Made by a program: the position numbers and the translations under genes. DNA of 64,000 nt from Tubulanus polymorphus (Eukaryota > Animalia > Nemertea), in NCBI RefSeq assembly GCF_964204645.1, contig NC_134031.1, positions 16,913,807 to 16,977,806 on the forward strand, written 5' to 3'. The notes beneath the pieces were generated by a model that saw nothing but the letters and a program-made list of their open reading frames with translations, ran no database searches and was not told where the DNA came from. The first letter of the stretch is position 1. The number at the start of each line of letters is the position of its first letter. Positions 23,793 through 35,400 of the stretch are shown in pieces.

Positions 23793-24568
23793 ATGACCTA
23801 TTATCGTCAATATATGCAGCTATTGCTGGTCATCGCCAGTATCATACTCATCGCCGCGTATCCTGCTGAAAAAAGGAAGAAGGAATGCGCGTCGTCAAAC
23901 GATCCAGAAATACCCGACCGCAGAGCAAATAATAAAGCAGGTAAAGATGCCTCATCCGCTGCACATGTTGTAGACTACGCAATTTTAGGCCCCCGTGGTT
24001 AATTCGTGTATTTCTTTTTTGGTTTAATCCTAGGTATAGGAGATTTATTTCTGAAGCATCTTCGATTCCGGAATGTAGACGACGAGGAAGAGAAAAAAGA
24101 ACTGGCGAAAGAAATGGGTCTGTTGGACGATAAAAGTAAGTCAAATGATCTATTCGTTTCGTCCGTATTTCTGGTCGCTTCGCTTTTTGAGGGGAAGTTC
24201 TATTTCAAGAAAAATGGCACTTTTTCACAGTGAAAAGCGGCACTTTCCTATTGAAAAAAAAGACATCTAAAATATATGAAGTGCCCGGGTACATAAATCA
24301 TTTCAGAATGGATTACTTATTCATTTTCCAAAAGGCATCATAGAAATTGTATTCAAATTTCGAAAAATCTTGACCAAAATCATTTGACACTGACTTTTTG
24401 AAGGTCACTTTGAAAAGTTTAGAGGGTTTGTTCGTCATTTCAGATTATAGAAAACGCGCTGGAAGTCTGTCAGTTTCGGCACTAGCAGATATGCTTTCAA
24501 ATATGAGACAACGACAACAAAATGGCGGTGGTGTACGCATGCAAACTCTGCGATTCGGTCGCAAATAA
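23793..24568 (+). CDS. RFamide neuropeptide precursor, QRFP/26RFa-like, 124 aa; exons 23793-23940, 24034-24135, 24444-24568
   Basis: Spliced product MTYYRQYMQLLLVIASIILIAAYPAEKRKKECASSNDPEIPDRRANNKAGIGDLFLKHLRFRNVDDEEEKKELAKEMGLLDDKNYRKRAGSLSVSALADMLSNMRQRQQNGGGVRMQTLRFGRK*. It has a hydrophobic signal peptide, an acidic spacer, an RKR convertase site and a C-terminal RF-G-RK amidation signal. An acceptor just before the ATG (23783) implies an upstream non-coding exon. Confidence 0.85.
24180..24430. mobile_element. MITE family K copy filling intron 2 of the neuropeptide gene
   Basis: Collinear similarity with 16915-17160 (GAGGGG.AGTTCT, GTGAAAAG, CTATTGAAAAA, CGAAAAATCT.GACCA). Confidence 0.6.
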
Positions 24569-25895
24569 ACGGCTCCAAGTATCAATTTACTAACGTACTG
24601 TTATTGTTTGAAATATTGTACTAATTCTTATAAGCCTCAATAGTACAACTTCAATTTCGCAACAACGCGACGCAACAGCACCTTCAACTACGAACATGGA
24701 TGAATTTGTTTTTGTCACTTTTGAAAGTCGGAATTTCAATACTTCACGAAACTGAATTTTTCGGTGACGAAATATGTTTTTAAAAGCACCATTGCCGAAT
24801 TCTTATAGCGGAACTGTGTCGTATATTTATCGAGGTTGATAATAAAATCAATATCGTCTTGTAAATAGATCAATAAAGAGTTTTCATACCAAGAAAATTG
24901 AGAAATTTTGTTTTTCATTTTGTGGAGGCCAGTGCGAAAGATTTATCCATCTGAATAACGAATCGGACCGCTCCATATTTGCACACAACATAATACGAAA
25001 AAAAGTTGTTTGGTTTTGGTGAGGTGTGGCAATTCATCAAACTCTAAATCTCGTGTCAAAATCTGTATAGCAACTTAAAAACCCTAACGTGCAGCCCCCA
25101 AATATTACATTGACGGCGATTATGCGAACTAAATCCGACGGGGTAGTCTACCTTTGGCATGCGAGGAATAGGTTAGTTCACATATTCACCGCTTATGTTA
25201 TATATAGAGGCAGCACTTGTCGGTAAAAATCGGACGCAGATACTCCTAATGTGGCATGTGGGAAACGATACCGTACACTGCATCAGTACAAAGTGAAATT
25301 TCTTTTTTTTAGTACCCTAAAGCCGTGTTCTTCTTTTGTCGTAAAATCCATGTTCTATTGTCGGACTCCTTAAGTTTAAATGACTCTTGCTGGACTTGCC
25401 TTTCTTTAATACAATAAACACTGATGGCACCCCTGGACCACTTGATGTTGCTGTAAGTAAACAGCCGAGTTGTGGTTTAGTCATTTCAATGAATTTTTTC
25501 GGATAAGAACAGTTTCTTTGGGATTGTTCAGTCACAGTTGACGCGGATAAGACTGAAGACGTATTATTCTACATCTAACCAAGAACGCTGCCTGTTTGCC
25601 TCGTTTATAGAAAATACTGATTCTTTATTGGCGAAATATTACAATTCATAAAAGGATAGGATAGCAGCAATTTAGTGCCAGTACGGTTTCACGAAATGCG
25701 GGGCATTCCGGTGCGCCAAATTTTGACCGTCAAGTGCTGCTGGAATACTGCCTTAAGCGTCGAATATGTGAACTAAACTGACAAGGATTTTGCTAACTCT
25801 GGCATGCGAGTAATAAAGGGCCCAAGGTCGTCGAGCGAGACAATTAATCTGGACAACATTTAGGATACTTTTTGCGATCAAAACCGATCAAAGCA

Positions 25896-27930
25896 ATGCC
25901 TAAAGTTGTATCACGCAGTGTCGTATGTACAGACACGAGAGATCAAGAAGAATATCAGGGAGAAAAACCTCTTTACGTCTATTATTGTTTGTGTGGTCAG
26001 ATGAGCTGTATTTTAGGTGAGTCAGTCAAACTCTTTTTTGAAATCACAGACAGGGCCAGGGGCTCGTAATTGAATTTCGGGGGTTGACCGACCTGTTAAC
26101 TGTAGCTTAGATCATCCAGTATCCCTGGTACTATGTATATTTATACGAGGGATATTGATACCCACAAACTTCAAATAGGCCTACAAGCCCCTTGGGAGGG
26201 ATATGATGATGATCCGTCTTGGCTGCTCTCATTATCTCGTATTTTCACAGATTGCCCGCTTGAGAAATTGCCGATGAGAAGAAGAGACGACGCCAGAGTT
26301 ATAGACCGTTCAAAACATGCGCACAAATTAACATTTGATATTGGTGACACGGTCCACCTTCGTAGGTAAATCTAAATGCTGTTGAAATAAAATGGTGGCT
26401 TTTTCAACACCAGAAAATGAGGGTTTAGTGTCTAGAGGGTGAGAGAAGAGTGTCCAGTGGCTCTAGGGTTTAGGGTTTAAGGTTATGCTTGTGTATCTAA
26501 GTCCCAATTTTCTTGGTTTTATTACTTAGAATTTTTCATTTACAGTGGACTCTCGTTAGTACGAACTTCATTGTCGTTATATTCAGTTTACGAAATTGAT
26601 TAAATTTTCTCACTTGGGACGAAATTCTATATTTTTGTTATATCATCCGATGAATCATTGTATCCGAGTTTCTTATAATGAGGTTCCATTGTATACTATT
26701 TCACAGGATTAGATTAACAATCCAAAGTATTTTAAAATATTTGAACGATCATCTCCCTTTTTAGACCGGAAGGAATTGAACGGCAATTCAGGAAGAAATG
26801 CAAGAAGTGAGTACATTATATCTTGAATCTTTCCTTTTGATTCAGTTCATGCGAACGTCTGACAACTGTTTCTAGTTTTTCATTGTGTTCTGGTTGTTTC
26901 TTGATTGTAGATGTGGCCTGTGGATCTTCTATCAGCACAAAGAGAAAGCAGCAACTGTTACGTTCATCGTCGACGGGGCTTTGAAACTATCGGCTGAAGG
27001 AAATGCTAAAGCCAGTCTTTACGGGCAAGTCGCGGCTAAACCTAAAAAGGCAAGTACATTCTTATTCTTTATAATTATGTTAATTTTCAGGGTGCCCACT
27101 TAACTGGAAGTCGAGGAAAGTCGGCAAAATTTCTTTTCTTCAAAAAAGATTGCTAGATTATTTGATGTTAGTAATATGGTTGAAGGAGCAGTGAGAAGTC
27201 ACATAAAAGGCAAATATCTCCCCTCCCCCTGGTGAAAATCCTCCAGGTTGGCGATGTATAACTTAGTGGTATGAAATTTATAATCTCGATATGGAAAATG
27301 ATTATGGCCAACCCGTGGGAACCCTGGTGTACCATCTATGTCTTACTTATTTGTACTTGACTGTGTAATTAATTAATTGGATTCTTAGCAGATCAAGTCA
27401 GGGAAAACAATGTGCATGTGCTAGTCATAAATAAAAGTGGCCACCCTGGTTTTGGATTTTCTTATTCTTACATCTTGAAATCAATGTTAGTTAATGTTTT
27501 CTTTGTTTTCAGGTCACGTTAACGAAACATACGAAAAATATGGGTAAATTCAGTTCTGTTACAGTTTCGACGGTGGACGAGGAAGAAGAGGAAATAGAAG
27601 CCGTAAGTTTATTCGATCTTCAGTCCAATATTCACGTAATGTTTTTAACTTTTCGTGTAATGTTGAAAAACTCTTTCTTCCCCGAACAACAGAAAGAAAT
27701 AGCCGATTCATACGCAGCTAACGCACGTGTTATCGAGAAACAGCTCATAAGGAAAGGTCTCAGCAAGCGAAAGTTACTCGAACAGGTAAATCAAAATTCC
27801 TTGAAAAGAAACTAAAATGTTTTAGGGCAATTTTCAATACAACGTAAGCGAAATAATCGTTCATTTCTATTCGCAGGCTGAGGAAGATGCGAAGAAAATG
27901 CGTCCTAAGGGTACTCTGATTGATAAGTGA
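25896..27930 (+). CDS. STEEP1: STING ER exit protein 1 (CXorf56/UPF0428); exons 25896-26016, 26251-26365, 26765-26806, 26911-27049, 27513-27602, 27693-27785, 27877-27930
   Basis: [20 protein letters not shown]...[24 protein letters not shown]...[16 protein letters not shown]...[39 protein letters not shown]...KGTLIDK matches recalled CXorf56/STEEP1 throughout. Confidence 0.95.
26543..26691. mobile_element. Tc1/mariner (pogo-like) MITE in STEEP1 intron 2
   Basis: TA-CAGTGGACTCTCGTTA...TAATGAGGTTCCATTG-TA imperfect inverted ends with TA flanks. Confidence 0.6.
27088..27448. mobile_element. CAGGG-ended MITE in the STEEP1 GC-AG intron
   Basis: Inverted ends CAGGGTGCCCACT / AGTGGCCACCCTG. Confidence 0.55.
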
Positions 27931-28063
27931 TGGTGGATTAAAAACAACATGAGATAGTTTGTACTAACATGGAATGGAGTGGTGAACTTGTGGCACTTGT
28001 CGCTAATACCAATTTTCATCAGCAGCAACCGGTTTTTCATCGACATTTTTGTAAATATTTGTA

Positions 28064-28069
28064 AATAAA
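28064..28069 (+). terminator. Candidate polyadenylation signal for STEEP1
   Basis: AATAAA about 135 nt after the stop codon, followed by U-rich sequence. Confidence 0.45.
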
Positions 28070-29237
28070 TGAAAGTTTTATATAAATCAATTTTCTATTT
28101 CGAAACTTTTTTTTTGGGTAAAACTTATTCTAATTTCCTTTTTGAACACACAGGAGTATTGAGGATGCATTAGTTGGACCCTCGGGACCATAAAGTTGAA
28201 TTGGCTTTGAAGCTTGCTACACACATGTATAGAAATGGAATTTCTGTGTGGCAACACACAGACCCTGTATTGACAGAAAGTAACTACTCATCGCATAAGG
28301 AAAGCCTGTCCCACCTGAATGCATATTTCTATGGTTCTAATCTATCTAACTCTGTCACCTACTTCATCGGAAAGATGTGCTTCCACACTAAAACATACCC
28401 TGGGACCCTCGACTAGAGAAATTACATGATTCCTGGAATTTTTTATTTTTCACCTGGAAAACTGGAATTCCTGTTGCCCTGAAGTGTACGACGAACCTTT
28501 CTATCCATCCGGGATATCCAACGTTACGATCTAGAGATTGTAAAGCCCAAGACCTAGGGTTAATTCAACTCGGAAATGATAAATTTTATTCTTTGGTTCG
28601 AATACAAAAGGATTCTATACACAATACTTGGGTAATAGAAGGTTATATCATAATACTATAGCTTCAAATTTATAATCGACGTATACCGGTACATGTATTA
28701 ACTTATACTTTCAACAGTTTCTTTAAACAGTTTTCATCACTATATCAACTTCGCTCAGAGCTTTTCTATACAAAATAACACGATGCACAATGCAACCATG
28801 CAAATAGTTAACGAATGAAAAACACTTTTACATATATTACATCTGGTGAAATGTACATAAGTTTTCGGTTGTTTTTTTCGCGATGATCTTTATACATCTG
28901 ACGAAAAGATTGAAATTCTATTCATAAGTAGCCCTTTTAAGTCGAAAAATTAAAATTCGTACTAATAAAACAATACGAAAGACTTCTATGAACCTGAACT
29001 TAAACTTCTGCTTGGAAAAAAGAGAAGTTCTCGTATGAACGAAAAGAGAAATGAAATAAAAAGTATCTTTTTACAGTTTATCTTAAAAAGAAACAAATGT
29101 TACGCACTGGAATTAAGATAAATCTCATGCTTTTAACTGAAATTCTTAGTTTCTAGAGTATTATTGAAAATGATGATGGGTGAATCTCCTGTTAGATTAT
29201 GCTTTGAGACAGTTAATCAATGTCGACATTTTAATGC

Positions 29238-29402
29238 CAGACCTGGGTACCCGACATCTTTAATCGCAGTAGTCTGCAACAAAATTCAGAGTAATTTCAC
29301 ATAAAAAATCATAGAATTAGAAATTATTTGACAGTATTTTATTTTTTTGGGAGTTCCAGTAGTTGAGGTCTAGAAACTACCCTCTAGTCGTACCCAGGTC
29401 TG
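29238..29402. mobile_element. CAG-ended MITE in the NOS1AP 3' UTR
   Basis: Perfect 13-bp inverted ends CAGACCTGGGTAC / GTACCCAGGTCTG. Confidence 0.65.
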
Positions 29403-29428
29403 TTATGCTCATTGAGATGGAGTATTCT

Positions 29429-32400
29429 TCAAGGCTTGTCCTGGACATGAGCATTATCGGGTGGGAGGGAAACCATGGCTTCGTCGTCGGAAAAACTGAT
29501 TCGTAGTTTATTTTTCAACTGCTCGCTGCTCAAGCCGAGATTTGGAGAAGAGGATTCGTTGATGACGTTCATGTTTTCCTCTTGTCGTTCGTTGTCGGCC
29601 GTCAACGACGTGCGCGGACTCGGGTTCGGCGAACTGCTGATACTACCGCCCGTACGAAGCGACGTGTTCACGCTCAGTTCGTTCTGGTTCAGGCCGGTGC
29701 GCGGTTGAAATTTACAACCGTAAAACGGACTGTGCGACTCGTTTCCGCTGCCCGACGAACTCGAGTTGTACGAGTTGCGATTCGAGTCGGTCGTCGAGGT
29801 TTCGCGCGCCGTTTTCGGCGAACGCGAACTGCTGCGTTTGACACGCGGCGGCGGGTCTAACTTTGGAGCGACGTTCAAATCTAACCGATTACCGGTCGCG
29901 TCGTGCATAGACAGCGGCGTTATCACTTTCCACTGGTAGGCTGGCGATGGATTCTCCGATTCGACAGTTTGTTCGATGGGTTTTAGCTCGGCCAGGTTGT
30001 GGCGCCAGGTCGGTATCGAGCTCAACGGGGAGGCGTGCTTATAGAAAGGATTCGAATTTTCGACGGCAGACACCGAGGCAGCGTTCGCTTGCTGCGTATC
30101 TTTATGACTGTTCGATCGCAACCACAAATGATGAGTATTATTGTTACCTTCCGACTGATTATTGTTACTCATATCCATCAAACTTAATCCCTGTCGATTG
30201 AGGTGAGTATTCTGAGCGGTCGAATCCGGACCCGGTAAACTGAACGACAAACTATCGGACGACATTTCGCGATGGCCGCTGTCCGGTGAGTCGGACGTTT
30301 CCTGTTTAGTGTTCGTGTTTTCGAACATCGCCTGGCGTTCCGGTATGGTCGCCATGTGACTAGCTTCGACATCGGGGAACTCGGGCAGCGTGACCGTCGA
30401 GGCTTGCGGAGTCGTCGGATCAGGTAAAACCGGTATCTGTTGGAATAAATAGAAAGGTTGTTTTTAATGATAATATATTCATTCTTCACTATTGACAGAG
30501 CCTCAGGAAAATATTCAAGGCCGACCTGAAAAAAACAAATCTGAGAAAAAATACATATACTCTTTACGTATTTTTGATCATAGTTAGTGCAGTGAGAATC
30601 ATGCTGTTTTGCTTTGTTGTAATTTGTTGCTGGTGGTAATTTTATAAACGCAGTTTTGTTACATACATGTATAGTCAACGCAAGTGCGATTACGAAAATC
30701 AAAAATACAATTTTTGGTAAAAATGAAGAACATTTTGAGAAAAAAGCTTGCGTCTTTATATCCATGCGCTTATGGTTATGGCATACAGATATAAGTGAAG
30801 TAGATATTTCAGTTTCAGTTGATGAAAGCATTAAATTAAGGTTAGTTCATTTGAGTATAATATGACCAGCTCTCTGACTCAGGGATTATTCGATTTCAGT
30901 AAAATTCAAGCCTACAACTTATGCAAATAAACGCCAAGTCAATTTCGATACTGGATCTATAAATACGATTGTTAAGTTGTTAGTTGCGGTATGAATGTGG
31001 ATAACTCGACTCCATGCGTTTTTACCGTTGAAAATGGTCTCGGTCGACGATGTCGATTCGAATAGACACGCGATATGGTGCCCTCCGAAAACAGAGGCAA
31101 TTCCGACTCCTATAGAGAGCAATATCAGCATTTGAACGTTAGGAAGGAAGCTTCAGCTGTATTGATTACGAGCAATTTTCACACGTTACATCAGACTGTG
31201 ATGTTTAGAATATATATAATTTGTGAGATGTTACTCTTCAGACTGTGTGAGCGTTATAATTTTTAACAGTAATACAGACCTGTGCTGGCATGCGTAGTAA
31301 CATGTCTGCGGACGGGATCGTGCCATTCACCTTCAATTCCAGCTCTTGTAACTTCCCGACGAGCGTATTAATCGTTTCTAACAGTTCGCGATTATTCAAC
31401 ATGAGTTGATGTATACGAGCCTTGAAACAAATCCGACATAAAAAATTAAGTTCGGTGCTAATTCACAACGCGCGCGAATTTCCATAAAAATCGATGTTTT
31501 CACTTACCTGCGCTTCGATTCTGGCCGCAGCTTCCGCGGCTAGCTGGTCCTTCAGCAGATGCACCTGCGCAATCGCGACCTGCGTCTGCTGTACCTGTTG
31601 ATCTAATTGGTGCCGCATCAGCTGCATTTGATGATGTGTGCTCAAAGGAGTCGTTCCATTCGGCAGTATGTCGCACAAGAGCTCAGGTGAACCGAGTGGT
31701 GAACTAATCGTTCCTGCCGCAACCTATAAGATAAAATATTTTCACTGATTGAAAATAGCCGCGATCACACGGAGACGATCTGACCCGGGCCAAATTGGCA
31801 CGGATCAGAGCCAAATCAAATTTGGCCCGTGCATAATTAGAAAGCGCGTTCACACACAAACCACCACTCGATATTAAACAATACTTAAACATAATAATAC
31901 TTAAAGCGAAGTGAGTCACTCCAGTTGCAATTCACACGCAATAATTTGACCAGAGCTAAAGTTTGGCCGGGCTTAGTAAGGACGCCCAATTCAGCCCGGG
32001 CAAAAATGCTTGTGTGATTGTATTTTGTTGTAGTATTTATTTTCATTTGTTTGTCACATTAATACAACATTATTATATAATAAACGGTGAAAAAATGTAC
32101 AAGAAAATGCGGGCTACACGTAGAGATCACAAGGATCAATCGGACACAATGATTGTGGCTAATGATTTGAATACATGGTTTGACTGTGAAATGTCGCCGT
32201 TTCGTTTTAGGAATATACCTGTGGTTTAGCCTGTTGAACTTGGTTCAACAGTTGCTGCGCTTGTTTAAATGCTTCTTCGGTTTGAGCAGAAATACTTTTA
32301 TCCTCTTGAGTCGGAGTCGGCTCCGATTCGTAATTACTATCGGGAGATGCTTTCTCTGTAAGAGAATATAAACGAGAACAGTTATCACACAGTTCGGATA

Positions 32401-35400
32401 GATGGCAGATAAAGTAGTGAAAATGAGAATGCACAAACGGGTTTCCGTATTGCAGACGCTGCATGAATGAAATTGTCGTCTGCTGCAGATCAGCAGACGC
32501 TCAAACCCGTCGTAGCAAACACAGATCATAAAGCAATTTACGAAGACCTCGCGCTCACCTTTAGGCTGGTCTGCTGTTATAGTCTGTTCCGTCTCTCCGT
32601 CGCCTTTTCCATTCAGATTCAGCGTAAGAGTGTGACAAACTTCGAACGCTTGTCCTATAGTTCTCACAAGTCGCATCGCGTGACTCTGTAAAACGTTTAA
32701 CGACATCTTGAATACAGATTTATACAGAAAAATTTTCCGCAAAGTTTGTCGGTTTGAATATCTTCGTAGTTCATCTTTTATTCATTCGATACTAAAACTT
32801 AAAATACGGATTACCTTCTTGAACGCTTTGAAAACGTTGCATTTGAATACGTTGCTGGACTGATCGCGGGCGATGTAACTGAATATCTTCAAATCCTGTG
32901 AATCGTGAGACACATAGAATATCCTGCGCGATACGAAAATAAAAAAAAAAAAGAAATGAAAAGAATGACGAATCACGAGATTATCGAATCGAGCGGTTAA
33001 TCTCGGACAATCCTATTACAGGCAGAAAAAGCCAATTCATAATGCATAAGAACATTAAGGCTGTAAACTCGATTCGGCATGAAATCCGATTCTGTCTTCT
33101 TCGACGGGATTTCAGTCGTAAATGGCGAAACTGGTCGTATTTCCGAGAAACGATTAATACTTAAAAACGGCGACAATGTGACGTAAGTTCAGTTCACACG
33201 TACCGGTAAATAGGATGCTCCATGACTAGCAGTTTACTTTCATCCCATTGCCACGTTTGATTTCTCTGCAAAAATAATCGAAAAAAGAATTTTTAACACG
33301 ACGAAACACAACAAAAACCTAATGAAGTAAAGAAGAGCTCGAAGGGTTCTATTTATTTATCAAAAGTTTAACACTAAATAGTCATTTGATTTCGCAGTCA
33401 GGTTAGTTTAAGTGCATCCGTTGATATTTTTAAAGGTAATCTTAAGACCTTTTTAGCCAAACCTATTCTGTATTGTTTTATTACGCATGTATACTTAGTG
33501 ATTTTAACAGTTTCTTTGTACTGCGTTTTATATCGATTATTTTATAGATATGCGCTATATAAGAAAATATATTATTATTATTATTATTATTATTATTTAT
33601 TGGTTCATTTTCAATGGTTTTGATTGCGGCGAACATAAGACCCCTGCGAAAGTTTTCAAGAAGCCAAGAAGCCAACTGCTGTCATTGGCCGACTTCTTTT
33701 TCATTAATCACCGAATACGAATTATATAAATAATTCATGTTTTTTTTTCCTGAGCCAATTAAGAGGAAGATGACTAAACCCACACGTTAACCTAGATGTA
33801 TTTCTCTAATACGCACATACCAGTAATTATCCCCCCATGATCAACGAGTTTAATTACCAAATTGTATATGCGTTCGTTCGTCGGGGTGCGACAAAAATAT
33901 CGTGACGACATATAATTTATAGAAGCAATTCGTGCATCTGAGTCTATGTGCGCAATAGTATAATATCATCTAATTTTGGTGAACTAGTGTGACTGTACGC
34001 GATACCAATGCCTCCTGCCAATACGTCTGACCACCGACATCGCTCTCATGTCCACACTTATCCCGCCAGGATAGCTTGGACAGCCCAGATAAGCACGGCG
34101 ATAAGCATCACAGGCATGGTGGTCGCGTGACCGCCTAATTCGCAACACAACGCTTCGATTCTGTCCATCGAAAAATAGCGAGGAAATATTATGTAGAAAC
34201 GAATTCGGTGAACTGAACTTAAAAATGATCTAACAATCTCGATTATGACCACAAAAATTTGATTTAAAATGAACGACCGATTCTACAAAGAACTAATTGA
34301 TATAAATCATTCGCCAATTACAGGTAATGAAATCATTATACAATAGAACTGAATTATTCATATATGATTGTGAACACGACACTAGGAACTGGGAAAATAT
34401 CTATTTATCGCCCGATTGTGATTTCAAATTACATCGATAAAAAGCAGTTAATTACTTTCAAAATCAAAATAGAAGGTAATAAAACCACGTAAGCGCGAAA
34501 CGCCAGTCCAATCGACAGAAATCAGTGTTGCGTGGCAACTTGAAAACGATGTGATACAATTAATTGGCTTTTCATTGGGGGTGGGGGAGGGGGTCGCAAC
34601 AGAAAATTTCAGATTATCGATAAAGATTAAATACAACCAGAAATACGAGTATATAGATATATAGATGATTTTACCATCAGGTAGATCTGAAATAGAAGAT
34701 AATATACGCAGCTTGTAAGTAAAAAGTAAAGCTCATCTTTGAAAAAAAAATACAGATTAATCTAACAACGTTACACGTTGTTTCCTACTAGAGAAACGTG
34801 ATATATTCCGAAATACCCGTTACGCGATGTTATCAAACGTAAAGGGGCAGCGAAGCGTAATTTATGGAATCTATCCCTGATAACCAGACAAGAAGAGAGG
34901 GTGAGGGAGTATTCTCTGAACGGAGACGAGATTAGACTGCTCACGATTTCGAGCGGGTCCGATTTCATTTCGAGTAGAGACAAAAATCAACTGATATAAT
35001 ATAGCCGCGATCGGATGAGCATTTTTTTGCCAAACATTCGCGCGGGTACCAAATGGGCCGTGCCAGATTTTCTAATTAGGCACGGGACAAATTTGATTCG
35101 GGACCCGATCCGTGCCAATTTGGCCCGGGCCAAATCATCTCCGCACGATCGCGGCTCCACGCGTATCTGTCTAACAGACGTTGAAGTGGCTACAGTGATT
35201 TTCATTACACAATATACGCTCCGATTCACTCGTGCCGATTCACTCGATTCACTCGACTGACTTATATTAAAAAGCGATACGTTTATAGGGGATTTTTATT
35301 GCCTACGAACGATGAGAGACCGATCACCAGCGCTGGTAAAACAGACTAAAGTGCCGGCTGAAGTACTGAATTATCGATCGCTGTTAAATTCGATCAGAAT

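Noticed and set aside
29475-30201. Plus-strand ORFs overlapping the NOS1AP last exon
   Set aside because: Antisense shadows of a GC-rich coding exon with no recognisable product.
30184-30831. 215-aa minus-strand ORF with a hydrophobic stretch
   Set aside because: It runs from AT-rich intron into the NOS1AP exon in another frame, has a non-ATG start and shows no family signal.
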